In this document: one piece after another, positions 12,323-24,036 of the stretch | How positions within the stretch are numbered: the stretch's first letter is position 1 | Layout: each line of letters opens with the position of its first letter | Origin: Piedraia hortae CBS 480.64 | Lineage: Eukaryota | DNA length: 64,000 bases | Assembly: GCA_010093745.1 (NCBI GenBank) | Contig: MU006002.1 | Coordinates: 62,001-126,000, forward strand | Reading direction: 5' to 3' | Program-made: the position numbers and the translations under genes | Notes under the pieces: model-generated | The model's input: the letters and a program-made list of their open reading frames with translations, nothing else | What the model was told of the DNA's origin: nothing | The model's database searches: none

Positions 12323-14660
12323 ATGGCTTCCTGCACGCACGTATCTAGTGCCAAGATCGGCCCTCCGCGTCCGTCAGATTCTGTGTACCGCGAGGATTGC
12401 ACCATTTGCTTCGATAACGTTGACCAGCCAGAGGGATTGGACGTAGGTCGCCGCACCAAGCATTTCAAGTGCCATCATCTAACAGCAACAGGTTTGTCTC
12501 CACTGCTTCAACGGTGGATGTGCGGGAGAACGGAATCATGGACAAGTCCATGCAAAGCTGGCACAACACCCGCTGGCTGTCAACATCAAGCGAAGGAGGA
12601 AGAGAAATGGCGTGCGAGAGGGTGAACCACCAGAAAAGATTTCCAAACTCTCCATAAAGGGAGAAACAGAGGAAGATCGCAATGACTTTCAGACGGACGT
12701 TCACTGCTTTGACTGTGGCGTCTCCGGCCTGGCAAAGGAGGGCAAGGTTTGGGAAGTGGTGGACGGAATCCTAAAGGCAAACACATATGCCACCAAGGCA
12801 GAGGTCAAGGCATGGGAGCAGGAAATGGTGCCGTGTGAACACACGCTGTGCCTTGAGCAGCAGCCGGGGCGACAGATCCCAAGCGGGGACTTGGGCCAGT
12901 GCACGCAGTGCGACTTGAAGGAGAACTTGTGGCTGTGTCTAACATGTGGAAACTTGGGCTGTGGTCGAAAGCAGACGGGTGGTTTGCCCGGCAACTCGCA
13001 CGCTAAATCACATGGTGAGGCGGAATCGCATACGGTTGCCGTCAAGCTGGGCTCCCTCACCGCAGACGGTAGTGCGGATATCTACTGCTACGGCTGTGAC
13101 GATGAGCGCATCGATCCAGAGCTGGTTGCCCATCTGGCTAACTGGGGCGTTGATATTGCTGGCCGTGTGAAGACTGAAAAGTCGTTGACCGAGATGCAGA
13201 TCGATGAGAATATGCGGTGGCAGTTCAGCATGACGACTGATGACGGCAAGGAAATGAAGCCCGTATTTGGTCCTGGCTTTACTGGTCTCAAGAATCTAGG
13301 CAACAGTTGCTACCTCAACTCTGTTTTGCAGTCTCTTTTCAGCATGCCTGAATTTGTGGATCGCTATCATAGACGTCAAGAGGAGCTTGACATTGTTAAT
13401 AAGCCCGCGGAGAACTTGGAGGTTCAGTTGCGCAAGATCGCAGACGGTCTCCTGTCTGGACGCTACAGCAAGGCTGAAGATGCTGCAGAGGACTCGCACC
13501 AATATGGTCTCGCTCCTACAATGTTAAAGCATCTCGTGGGAAAAGGCCATGCCGAGTTCAGCACGATGAGACAGCAGGATGCGTTTGAGCTGCTATTGCA
13601 CCTACTTAAACTCATAAGTCGTTCACAGCAGAAACAAAGAGATGGCGATCCGGTCAAGGCATTCAGGTTTGCCATGGAACAAAAGCTGCAGTGTCAAAAC
13701 TGCAAAAAGGTTCGATATCGGATAGATGAGATGGAGAACATTTCTGTGGCCGTTCCAATCAAGCGGATTGGGGAAGACAAGGGTGAATTTGAACCCGTCA
13801 CGTTGGAGCAGTGCTTTGACGACTTCACAGCCCTGGAAGTTGTTGAGCTCGAATGTCCCTCTTGCAGACACAAGAGCTTCACCAAGCAGCAGCTCTTCAA
13901 GACCTTTCCCACCATCCTCGCCGTAAATGCTCGACGGTTTGAGATCGTGAACTGGGTCCCGTCCAAACAAGACGTTCCAGTCATTGTAGGAGACGAGAAC
14001 GATATCAACCTCGAAGCATATCGCAGCAGAGGGCAACAGCCTGGTGAGGAGGTACTCCCAGACGAACCACCTGCGTCAAATGCATTTGTTCCCAATGCTG
14101 CAGCCTTGGAGGCCATGTCAGGTATGGGCTTCCCGCGCGTACGCTGCGAGCGAGCCCTACATGCTACGGGTAACTCGGACGCGGAGGCGGCGATATTGTG
14201 GCTGTTTGAACATATGGAAGACGCTGACATTGACCAGCCGGTCAACAGTGATGGGGGTGCGCCTTCAGCGTCTGTAAATGCTGAAAAGGTGGAGAACCTC
14301 GGCAACATGGGTTTCAGCGCGGCCGCTGCCCGACAGGCGTTGAAAGAGACTGACAATGACATGGAGCGTGCTGTGGATTGGCTGTTCAGCCATCCTGATG
14401 CTACAGGCATTGAAGAGGGCGCGGCGGAGCCAGAGGCCACGCCAGAGGCCAACCTGATTGATGATAAACCTGCCCATTACGCGCTCAAGTCCATTGTGTG
14501 CCACAAGGGAACTTCGATCCACGCGGGTCACTATGTGGCTTTTGTTAAGAAAGACGATGAATGGTTCCTGTTTAATGATGAAAAAGTTGCCCAAGGCGCA
14601 GATGCCGAGGAGATGAAGAAGTTTGCTTACATCTATTTTTTCAGAAGAAAGGCTAAATAG
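12323..14660 (+). CDS. UBP14: Ubiquitin C-terminal hydrolase Ubp14 (USP5/13 family)
   Basis: N-terminal VYREDCTICFD, ZnF-UBP (ENLWLCLTCGNLGCGR), Cys box GLKNLGNSCY, QQDA, two UBA domains, His box HAGHYVA; intron 12443-12491. Confidence 0.95.
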
Positions 14661-14810
14661 ATTCTGCGAGGGTTATAGACGCAGAACGCCGTCATCCTTC
14701 TTCACTTTCTATTCGTCTCCAAGGTTTAGCTTTGGAGTCACTTGAACTCGGCTTTCGCATCAAGTTTCGCATATATGCCCCACCTTTCATCCATCTCCAT
14801 TCATACTATG

Positions 14811-15440
14811 CTAGTCAATACCCAAACCTTTCAACTGCCCAACCAACTCATCGATTTTGTCAACTTTTGCCGTCTGCTCCGGTAACAGAGACTGCCCCAT
14901 ATCCCTCTTATTCAACAGCTCCCTAGCTTGCCTTAATTTCTTGGAGATGCGCCTTGCCTCTTTCTTCTCCCGTTCCTGTTCATCAATCACTTCCTCCCTT
15001 TCCTCCTCCTTAGAATTTGTCCGCTGTATAGCCGTCCCATTTAGCTCTCCTTCTGGTGCAACTTTGGGTCTATCATCTTCCGCACCATATGTCTTCTCCT
15101 TTGCCGTTGCAGCGGCAGAAGGAGTCTCGGTCCCGTTTGCCTTTCGACTGGGAGCCTTTTTCTTCTGTGCAGCCTTGACCTTTTCCGCGCCTGGAACCGT
15201 TTTCCCCTGCGCAACCTCGACCTTTTCTGCTCCTGGAACGGTTTTCTTTGCCCGTGATGTAGCCTGTGCGTGTTTGTGGCGGTATATCTCGATGTCCTCA
15301 GGCGGCACATAGCCCGCCCTCACCCGAATTTCTTTCCGCACGGAGCCATCTGGGCGAATGGACGAGGGGATTATGCTCTGTCCGTTGTTCAAAGTATGGA
15401 TCCCTGAGTTGGAAATTTTTTGGGTGTTGGTTGTGGACAT
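14811..15440 (-). CDS. PYM/WIBG Mago-binding protein
   Basis: IIPSSIRPDGSVRKEIRVRAGYVPPEDI Mago-bind motif and C-terminal KKLRQAREL...LLPEQTAKV; likely ATG at 15440. Confidence 0.85.
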   Translation of the reverse strand: MSTTNTQKISNSGIHTLNNGQSIIPSSIRPDGSVRKEIRVRAGYVPPEDIEIYRHKHAQATSRAKKTVPGAEKVEVAQGKTVPGAEKVKAAQKKKAPSRKANGTETPSAAATAKEKTYGAEDDRPKVAPEGELNGTAIQRTNSKEEEREEVIDEQEREKKEARRISKKLRQARELLNKRDMGQSLLPEQTAKVDKIDELVGQLKGLGID

Positions 15441-15662
15441 GTTGTAGAGAGTGCTGGAAGTTTGGAGGAGGTCGCGGGGAGGCTCGTTATTGTTCAGGAG
15501 ATTTCCTGCTGATAATGCCCGTGAGGTCGGCAAGCTCCGTGTCGCGGAGTATTTCCGCTTGTCACGGCGGAACTTGCCGAGATGTTGCTCCGTCCGCTCC
15601 GCCAACTCGACCCTCGCTCTTTGCCCAAACATCCAAAGAATCAGTCCTACAATCTGCCAATC

Positions 15663-16010
15663 ATGGCCGGCGTTCTCTCGGGCATCTATGGGTAGGGCTG
15701 CTCCGTCTGTGCTTGGCGTGATAACGCTGACGGGACAGCACGGTCATGCGCAGGAACTACACGTTCCTTACCGCCATCTTCGTTGGCACCTTCTTTGCGG
15801 AAATGTGAGGCAGACTTTGATGATACAAGCTACATGTCGAATTGACGTGTGGACAGTGCGTTTGATCAGAGTGCGAACCGCATCTGGGACCGGATAAACT
15901 ATGGGGTATGAAGGGATGACGAGTGTGTGGAAAGCAGAGCTAACTCGGAGTAGCGCCAATGGAAGGACATCAAGTATCGCTACGTAGAGCAGGCGGAAGA
16001 TGATGAGTAG
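15663..16010 (+). CDS. QCR9: Cytochrome bc1 complex subunit 9
   Basis: Exons 15663-15691, 15739-15804, 15857-15905 and 15954-16010 joined by canonical GT-AG introns give MAGVLSGIYGTVMRRNYTFLTAIFVGTFFAEIAFDQSANRIWDRINYGRQWKDIKYRYVEQAEDDE, with the typical W..IN.GRQWKDIK motif. Confidence 0.93.
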
Positions 16011-16215
16011 GGAATGATGTCTGAGACCGTGTACAGACGTGAATGTGTGACACTCTTTCACCAGCAACACCACCGTTATTTGTTTAGGATTTGGGTAGTT
16101 TCCTGCACACTGTACCTGTGCCAAACACTGTCCCTGTGACAATTGCGCATTAAGCGCGTGCAAGCCTCCTGTAAGCCTCGTCTACCAACACTTGAGCACA
16201 ACGCAGTAGCGCAAG

Positions 16216-19200
16216 ATGGAAGTGGCGCCCGAGGACGAGCACAACCTGAACCGCGCACTGCTCACTTTGCCAGCCCAATTCGGCTTCCGCTACAGCAACA
16301 AGGCCGACCGTGTGCTCAGACAGCATCTCTTCTACTCGCTTGCTGGTCATCGCGATGAAAACGTGCGGCTCCTCTTCCCCAATGGGGTACCGACAGACTC
16401 AATGCAGCCGTGGTCGCTGAAGGTGGCACAGAACGTAGATGCGGCACACTGTTCTGTCAAGGGCCAGGCGTGCGGTTACATCTTCAAGGCTGGGGACAGC
16501 ACATATCACTGCAAAACATGCGCGGCTGATGACTCGTGTGTCCTCTGCGCTCGCTGTTTCGAGGCCTCAGACCACCAGAGCCACCATGTCTACATCTCCC
16601 TCACTACGGGCAACAGCGGCTGCTGTGATTGCGGTGATCACGAGGCGTGGAAGCGGGAGGTCAACTGCAGTATTCACACAGCTGATAAGACCTCGTCGAC
16701 GAAACAGGGCAAGGCTAAGGTCCCCTTGGGATCATACGGGTCACAGCTGCCTTCTGAGCTAGTTGAGGCGATCCGCACGACCGTAGCCAGAGCTCTAGAC
16801 TATGTCTGCGATGTGCTGTCCTGCTCCCCCGAGCAACTGAGGCAAGCAAAGACGGAGGAGTCTGTCATGGAAGATGACAAACGGTCCAAGCTAGGAAGCG
16901 TCTACGGGGGGGAAGACCCGGAGTCGTTAGGCGGCAAACACGAATATGCCCTGGTGCTCTGGAATGATGATAAGCACACTATTGACGACGTTAAGAACCA
17001 AGTTGCCCGCGCCTGTACGGAGAAGAGGTCGGTTGCGGGCGTGAAAGTGGAAGAAGTGCAGGAGGTCGGCCGTGCTGTCATTCAATACTCTACCAATCTG
17101 CCCAATCTGCTGAGCATTGCACAGACACTGGAGCAGATCAGGCTCGTGGCAACTATCCGCTCCTCGCGAGATACATTTAGGGAGTACATGTGTGCTACCA
17201 TTGTGGAGTGGATTTTTGACCTAGTCGGGTGCAAGGTCGGAGACGATGCACAGCTGCTGCATAACGTCATTTGCGAAGAGCTGTTGAAACCCTGGCGAGT
17301 TGGAAGTCTGGCGTTTAACAAAGATATTGGTCAAGGCGGCATAGATGACTACGAAGAAGAGGACAGCAGAAAGTTGAGACGGCAATACCAGACGTACATG
17401 AGGCCGTTTCGTCCTGCTGCAACTGTTGTGCGCATGGCTGTGCAGGATGGCACAATGGAGATTATTGAAGAAGACGAGCTCGGTGTTGAAGAAAACGGCA
17501 ACGACGACACGAACACGGCGGTGGATGACATGGAAGTCGATATGATCGGTCCTCATGATGATGTGACAGAGGTCTCGGAGGCTACCTATGCTGGCTACCC
17601 TCAACCTCCTTTTCCTCCTGCATCGTCTTTTCCTCGTTCAGAGCATGAAGACTTGCACTCCCTGACTCATCTTGCCCCTTATGCAATCCTTCCTAAAACT
17701 CCACTCACACCCGCCCAGGCGCGTAAGCGTCCCAAAAGGCAGGCGCGTCCGCCTGGGTACTGGCTCGAGAAGCCTGAAGCATATGGCAGATCTGATGGCT
17801 GCAGTGATCCCTGCGACGACCTCTGGCAGAGGGTCCGTCTTGACTTTTTGATCCTCTACGACCTGCGGCTCTGGAGGCATTTGCGCGTTATGTTGCGGCA
17901 TTTGTACATGACCACCGTTGTAGTCATTCCTCGCTTCAAGAGAGTACTTGGCCTACGCTTTGCTTGCCTGTACACCGCTTTGGCCCAGCTTTACCTTATT
18001 GCTGACCGCGAGCCCGAATACAGTATCATCAACCTGAGTGTGCAGATGCTTACCACTCCGTCAATAACGCAAGAGGTGGTTGAGCGTGGCAATTTCTTGG
18101 CCAGTCTCATAGCTATTCTCTACACCTTCCTGACCACTCGTCAAGTGGGTCGTCCAGAAGAGGTCAATCCTCGAGCCACTCTGGATATCGAAGGTGGAGC
18201 TCTTACCAATCGCCGAATGTTCCACTTTTTCATGGACCTGCGGTGGCTGTTCCACTCCCAGTACATCCAGCACAAGATGCTCTCGGAGCCACGCTACCTT
18301 TTGCAGTTCCTCGATCTTGTGAAGCTGCATCAGGGCATCTGTCCCAACGAGCGTGCCATAGGAGAGCACGTGGAATACGAAATAGATACCTGGATCGGTG
18401 CGTCTGTCATCATGAAGGAGATTAACAGGCTCTGCAAGCAAGTCGCTGTGTCCTTCCAGCGGACGGATGTGAAAGACTACGAATTTCACCTGCAAAATGC
18501 TGTACGGACCGCAGCCAAAGTGACGCTGATCAACACACTGGGGTTCGAGCTGGCAAGGTTCACTCAGTCAGAGCTCAAGAGTCATATGCAATGGCACCTC
18601 GTGGGCCCCTTTGAAGACCATGGCAAGTTCCATAGCGTTCCTAACTTTGTTGTGCAGCATAGCCCCATGAGTTTCCACCATCCGCTGCACTATCTTCTGT
18701 CTTGGCTCCTGGAAAGTGCAAAGCATTTGTCAAAAGAAGGGATTCGCGCATTGCTCGAGTTCCATGAAGGAGACATCAAAGATCCTTTAGTTCTTTGGTG
18801 CTCAACGCCGGCGCTGCCCGGGATGTCGGTCGATAATCTGGTTTGTGCCATGTTCGACCCTCCGCTAAGAACATATGTCTGGCTTGCCCAAATGAAGACC
18901 GGTATGTGGGTCCGCAACGGTGCTACCTTGAGACACCAAGCATCTGGCTATCGCAGCGTTACCTATAGAGACGTTGGCTATCAACGTGACATCTTCCTCA
19001 TGCAGACCGGAATGGCCATTTGTGGTGCAGACAACGAGAGGCCCGGCGAACGCTACCTTGCCCAGATCATCGATCGTTTTGAAGCCAATAAATGGGTCAG
19101 AGGAGATTATGGGACCATCGAGGGATTCGAGGATGCACAGCAGCTGGACGTTTTCGAGGACATGATACACTTGTTGGTCATCCTCCTCAGTGAACGAGGT

Positions 19201-22200
19201 GATCTCATCAGCGAGAACCAGCATCAGTGGTCTATGCAGCATGAGATCATCCAGGCTCTCTGCTTCAAACCTCTGTCTTACTCGGACTTGTCCAGCAAGG
19301 TGACTGATAGGGTCGGCCAATCTGATGATTACGATGAGATCCTAGAGTCGATGACTGTCTTCCATCCGCCCGAGGGACTGTCTGACTTTGGCACGTTTGA
19401 GCTCAAACCGGAATACATTTTGTCGGTCGACCCTTATTTTGCCCACTACTCCAAGAACCAGAGAGAAGAGGCCGAAGACCTTTATAAGCGGCAGGTCGCT
19501 CGCACGACTGGCCAAAAAGTGGAAAATGTTGTATTGGAGCCCCGTCTGCCGGAGATTACGACGGGTTTCTTCACTGCGTTGCCGGCCTTTACGGGTACGC
19601 CGATGTTTGTTCAGCTAATCTGTGCGGCGTTGAACTTCGCTGCCACGGCCAACAACGACTTTCAAGGCACCAGAATCGAAGTTTTTTTGCACCTGGTTCT
19701 TCATCTCATTGTGATCTCAACCCTTGAGGATTGCGGATTCATTGAGCTCGTGGTTCAGCCCGTCACTAGGCTGCTGGGCGAACGTAACGAGACTGTGGTT
19801 TCTATCCTCGGCAGCTGCTACGAGGTAGAAGCTTTTGCTTCCTGTCGTGCCACTATCAAATATATCTTGGCCAAGTTAGAAGCGCGACGTCCCGAGATGT
19901 TGTGGTACATACTTGGTGAGCGGTACAGCTCCATCTTTGGCGTTGCGGGCACGCCGGAAGCCTCGTCGGGATCCGCGGAGGATAAGGACAAGAAGAAGCG
20001 TGAGGCTTTGGCAAGACAGGTAAGAGTCATGGCCAAGATGAAAGAGCAGCAGAACAACTTCCTGCTGACCCAAGGTCTGGAACCGTTTGGCGAAGAGCTT
20101 GACTACCTGTCCGCCACGGAGGAGACGGAGTCACAGAGACGTACCTGGACATACCCCAGCGGGACGTGCATTCTCTGTCAAGAAGAAACAGATGACCATC
20201 GACTATACGGTACCTTTGCTTTTCTCGGTGAGAGCAACATTTTGCGGGCTACGCCTTGCAAGGACGTAGAATTCGTGAAGGATGTTTTGGAAACTCCAGA
20301 AGAGCTGGATCGACCGGCTGCCAGGCCTTTTATGAATAAAGATGCCGCCGAGAGGGCTTCGGCCGATCGAAGAGTCATATCAAGATGCTTCCCGCGCACC
20401 CGTGTCCAGGCTGAGGGTGCTGTGGCGACAAGCTGTGGACATATTATGCATTACCACTGCTTTGAGCTATATCTGCACGCTACACAGCGTCGACAGTTCC
20501 AGCAGGTAGCACGCAGCCACCCAGAGAACCTGAAGTTGAAGGAGTTCATCTGCCCTCTGTGCAAGGCGCTCGGCAATGCATTCCTACCGATTGTCTGGAA
20601 GGCTGAAGAGTGCTTGAATGAAAACGAACTGCGTACGACAAAGTCCTTTGGAGAGTGGTTGAATGCATCTCCACGTCTAGCCAAAGTGGACTTGGTTGAC
20701 TACACGCCGACTGGAGTCCCGACTCTGTTGTCCCAAGAAGAGGCTTGGGCCGGTAGAGGCACTTCTTACATTCAAAGGACATTTACACCAGAGCTCGTGT
20801 CCAGCATGCACGATCAGCAACCATTCGAGGGAGTCGAGTTGCCGGCGTCCGTCCAGCCGCCAGTGTTAGGCTATAGGTGGAGGAACGGTACGTTCGAGCT
20901 GCAACGCAACCGTACTCCAGCTGCATATGAGTCACCGACACAGACCGAGCAGTTGCCCCGCATGGTGGAGTTGCGCAGAGCCTACAGCCGGATCGACGAC
21001 ACTGTAAAAGCGAATAATTTAGATCCGCACTGCGTCACACATTTACCAAACTCATTCCGAGCGCTTTCGAGGGCCTTTGGGATGACAATCAGCTCGATGG
21101 AGATTGCTCAGCGGGGAGCGGGCGACTTGACCTCGGCTTCTCTTTTGAGTGATATCCCTGAACAGCGCTTGATGCATATGCGGATACTATCAGAGACCAT
21201 GGAATCGCTACTTGCAATTGAGGTGCTGCATAAGCCGTCATCAAGTCAACCCATTAGAGAGGCCATCATTCGGCAAGAAATGATGAAAAGCCAGCTGTTT
21301 GGAAAGGAAAATGAGCTTTTCGGGGGCCGTCCAAGGGACCTTGCTGGTTTCCTCTGTCAGGACGATAGCTTCCTCTTCTTCTCAGACTGGCTCGCACTGA
21401 CACGTCCTGACATTGATGAAACATTGCAATACATCCAGCTCTGTCTTTGGGCAGAAGTGGTGAAGACGATTTACATCTACCGCGAAGTCACTCAGCAGTT
21501 CAAAAGCGAGCTCTCTTCATCGCCTGCCGCCGGAACAGCCACATCTCAGGCCTTTCAGAAGACCGTCCTTACTATGGCAGGACCCAATTCCATCACCGGA
21601 CCCCAATGTGGCCTCTTACGAACTCTTGTCCACCGCTACGCCATCGTCTTCCTCCGGAAATGCCTCATCCTGCTCCACATCCGCTACGGGATCGAATTCA
21701 CCGACACGGACCCCTCCCTCTCGGAAATGGACCGTCTAACCAACCTTCTCCACATCCCCAAACTCGAATCCCTCTTCAACCTCTACTCATACGGACAGTC
21801 CCAGCGCCTAGTTCAAATCACAGCCCGTTGGCTTGGACAGCTATCGCGAGTCCTGACCCAATACCCACCTACACTCCCGCACCCTTGCATCTTCGAACTC
21901 ATCTCCCTCCCGCCCGAGTACGACAAACTCACCGAACTAGCCACAACCCACCCTTGTCCCACAACCGGCAAAGAAATCACCGACCCAGCCCTCTGTCTCT
22001 TCTGCGGTGCCATATTCTGCTCCCAAGCAGTTTGCTGCAAATCTTCTGAACCAAACCGCCAAGACCCCGAACCCTCGCGATTCGTCGGCGGATGTAACCA
22101 ACACATGGCCACATGCGGGGGATCGACCGGCATCTTCATTTCCATCCGCAAATGTATGGTTCTATTCCTGCATCGGAATCGAGGAGGATGTTTTATCCCC

Positions 22201-22383
22201 GCACCGTATCTTGATCGGCATGGAGAGACGGATTCCATGCTCAAGAAACATCAGAGACTGTTTTTGAATGAGCAAAGAGTTGAGAGATTGCTTAGAGAGC
22301 CGTGGTTGGGACATGGGATCCCCACGATGGTCGCGAGGAGGTTGGATGCGGATTTGAATACCGGGGGTTGGGAGACGTTGTAG
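16216..22383 (+). CDS. UBR1: N-end rule E3 ubiquitin ligase Ubr1 (N-recognin)
   Basis: 2055-aa single ORF: UBR box (CGYIFKAG...CCDCGD), ClpS-like LWNDDKHT, RING (CILC...CGHIMHYHC...CPLCK) and C-terminal APYLDRHGETD. Confidence 0.96.
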   Translation: MEVAPEDEHNLNRALLTLPAQFGFRYSNKADRVLRQHLFYSLAGHRDENVRLLFPNGVPTDSMQPWSLKVAQNVDAAHCSVKGQACGYIFKAGDSTYHCKTCAADDSCVLCARCFEASDHQSHHVYISLTTGNSGCCDCGDHEAWKREVNCSIHTADKTSSTKQGKAKVPLGSYGSQLPSELVEAIRTTVARALDYVCDVLSCSPEQLRQAKTEESVMEDDKRSKLGSVYGGEDPESLGGKHEYALVLWNDDKHTIDDVKNQVARACTEKRSVAGVKVEEVQEVGRAVIQYSTNLPNLLSIAQTLEQIRLVATIRSSRDTFREYMCATIVEWIFDLVGCKVGDDAQLLHNVICEELLKPWRVGSLAFNKDIGQGGIDDYEEEDSRKLRRQYQTYMRPFRPAATVVRMAVQDGTMEIIEEDELGVEENGNDDTNTAVDDMEVDMIGPHDDVTEVSEATYAGYPQPPFPPASSFPRSEHEDLHSLTHLAPYAILPKTPLTPAQARKRPKRQARPPGYWLEKPEAYGRSDGCSDPCDDLWQRVRLDFLILYDLRLWRHLRVMLRHLYMTTVVVIPRFKRVLGLRFACLYTALAQLYLIADREPEYSIINLSVQMLTTPSITQEVVERGNFLASLIAILYTFLTTRQVGRPEEVNPRATLDIEGGALTNRRMFHFFMDLRWLFHSQYIQHKMLSEPRYLLQFLDLVKLHQGICPNERAIGEHVEYEIDTWIGASVIMKEINRLCKQVAVSFQRTDVKDYEFHLQNAVRTAAKVTLINTLGFELARFTQSELKSHMQWHLVGPFEDHGKFHSVPNFVVQHSPMSFHHPLHYLLSWLLESAKHLSKEGIRALLEFHEGDIKDPLVLWCSTPALPGMSVDNLVCAMFDPPLRTYVWLAQMKTGMWVRNGATLRHQASGYRSVTYRDVGYQRDIFLMQTGMAICGADNERPGERYLAQIIDRFEANKWVRGDYGTIEGFEDAQQLDVFEDMIHLLVILLSERGDLISENQHQWSMQHEIIQALCFKPLSYSDLSSKVTDRVGQSDDYDEILESMTVFHPPEGLSDFGTFELKPEYILSVDPYFAHYSKNQREEAEDLYKRQVARTTGQKVENVVLEPRLPEITTGFFTALPAFTGTPMFVQLICAALNFAATANNDFQGTRIEVFLHLVLHLIVISTLEDCGFIELVVQPVTRLLGERNETVVSILGSCYEVEAFASCRATIKYILAKLEARRPEMLWYILGERYSSIFGVAGTPEASSGSAEDKDKKKREALARQVRVMAKMKEQQNNFLLTQGLEPFGEELDYLSATEETESQRRTWTYPSGTCILCQEETDDHRLYGTFAFLGESNILRATPCKDVEFVKDVLETPEELDRPAARPFMNKDAAERASADRRVISRCFPRTRVQAEGAVATSCGHIMHYHCFELYLHATQRRQFQQVARSHPENLKLKEFICPLCKALGNAFLPIVWKAEECLNENELRTTKSFGEWLNASPRLAKVDLVDYTPTGVPTLLSQEEAWAGRGTSYIQRTFTPELVSSMHDQQPFEGVELPASVQPPVLGYRWRNGTFELQRNRTPAAYESPTQTEQLPRMVELRRAYSRIDDTVKANNLDPHCVTHLPNSFRALSRAFGMTISSMEIAQRGAGDLTSASLLSDIPEQRLMHMRILSETMESLLAIEVLHKPSSSQPIREAIIRQEMMKSQLFGKENELFGGRPRDLAGFLCQDDSFLFFSDWLALTRPDIDETLQYIQLCLWAEVVKTIYIYREVTQQFKSELSSSPAAGTATSQAFQKTVLTMAGPNSITGPQCGLLRTLVHRYAIVFLRKCLILLHIRYGIEFTDTDPSLSEMDRLTNLLHIPKLESLFNLYSYGQSQRLVQITARWLGQLSRVLTQYPPTLPHPCIFELISLPPEYDKLTELATTHPCPTTGKEITDPALCLFCGAIFCSQAVCCKSSEPNRQDPEPSRFVGGCNQHMATCGGSTGIFISIRKCMVLFLHRNRGGCFIPAPYLDRHGETDSMLKKHQRLFLNEQRVERLLREPWLGHGIPTMVARRLDADLNTGGWETL

Positions 22384-22869
22384 ACGGGACCCCTAGGGAT
22401 GGGGGATGCCATTAGATTGAGGGATGAGTAATGAGTAGATGACCGGTAGACTGGACAGTTTTTTAAGGTGTTTTTTCTACTTGCGTGTCTGGCTGGGGTG
22501 TGGGTTGTTGGAAGAGAGTATTTGTAGCGCACGCTGTGATAAAATAATGGGTCTATATCATGCCCAATGTTTTTATTCGCAATCTATCGGTAAAGCCTCA
22601 TTGCAGAGTGCAGATGAGTTATACTCCAATCCAACAAGCCATAACTAACATCCAACACTCCCAAAGTCCCTTCAACCACAACCATAAGTGATCACTTTTC
22701 TGACTCGCCAAACAGATTCAACGATCATAACACGATATATACTCTGCATAAAGAACTTTCCAGCCTCGGTCGAGCCCTCTGTCTAGAGCGTGAATTCAAA
22801 GTAGAGTCTCGAGCAAGAACACCCAGCAAGTCTACTGTCAGCTCGATGTAGAATGCCTCCACAGGAAGA

Positions 22870-23620
22870 TTGACGGGTCCCTGCAAGGCTTTATCAGTAT
22901 CTTGGATCCGAGTTACATACAAGGGTTGGGTCGTATGTTCCGCAAGGCGTCCTATCCCTGTGGTTGTGGTAGAGTTTTGGACTTCAGCTAGTGTTCCATG
23001 CCGGGGAAAGGTCTGTTCTGATGATTTCTTTTCGGATATCCAAGCGTACAACTCCATACCAGCGTTGTTCCTGCTGTAGGTCGCGTCCATCACGGTCCCT
23101 TGTGCCAACGGAACCGCGGGGCGAGCGACACGAGAGCGGATGTGGTGGGGTCCTCATGGAGAAGCCGCTCCTGCACTTGCTCGTCTCCACTGGCGATGGA
23201 CCTGATGTCGGGTAGCATTCACAAACCTCAGCAGATCAGTCTTGTGCAGCATTCTTCGGAGTGCAGCTGCTGGCGTGCTCTTCAGTGAAGAAAATGCAGT
23301 CTGGCGTCATGCCAATATCCACAGTATGTTCGTGGTTGGTATGGCGCTTTATCAGAACATCTAGCTCTCCAGGACGTCAGGAAACCTCCGTAATGGAGTT
23401 TAAGCCTGTACAGTTCCATGATGACGCTCACCGATTTCATGGGAGAAACGTGGATGGTCGAGATCTTGCGCACAGTAGAGCTCAAGGTGCCCCCCAGACT
23501 TCTATGGCGATGGATCACATACTTGCGTCCGGTAGTTGCCCAGATTCTGTCCCGAAAAATACGTACTGATTGCTCTAACTCAACTTCACACTCCTTCCAC
23601 AGGTCAAATGCCACCAGCTT
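22870..23620 (-). mobile_element. Mutator-like (MULE) transposase relic
   Basis: Frameshifted fragments ELYCAQ, HTNHEHTVDI, TRHQVHRQW, EDPTTSA, and MDATYSRNNAGMELYAWISE...DTDK resembling the first and second catalytic Asp motifs of fungal MULE transposases. Confidence 0.65.
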
Positions 23621-23884
23621 TGGTGCCTTTGACGAGCTCTAGATTACAGAGAGTAAGAACATGTGGTACGGACTGCACTCATTGAATTGTAAGCGAATAT
23701 TTGAGCATCATATGATGTGCAGTACTGCGTTTGCAGATGTGAGTGGCGTACTGACTCGATGGTAAGAGCACCTGGCTCCCTGAAAGTGTGAAACAAAATT
23801 GTGTGTTGTCACGTTTCACGCTAGCGGCCCGCCCCGTTGTAACGTGCATCCATCCTGAAACTTTCCAAACGTAAACGATAACCA

Positions 23885-24025
23885 TGTTGTGCAGGTCGCC
23901 ACGGAGCGATCCGCAGGTGATGACCCACACCCCTGACTAGGGTTCGAATACTCAGATATTTTCTTGTGTAGCTCTAGATACGCGTATATACTGACACCTG
24001 TGAGGTGCCGCTGCTTATTAGAACA
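23885..24025. mobile_element. Miniature solo LTR, family A (141 bp), TSD AACCA
   Basis: TGTT...AACA termini; perfect AACCA at 23880-23884 and 24026-24030; inverted second copy at 40378-40520. Confidence 0.88.
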
Positions 24026-24036
24026 AACCAGACAAC

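Noticed and set aside
13694..14452. Long antisense ORFs over UBP14 and other core genes
   Set aside because: Shadow frames of GC-rich coding sequence with no independent motifs.
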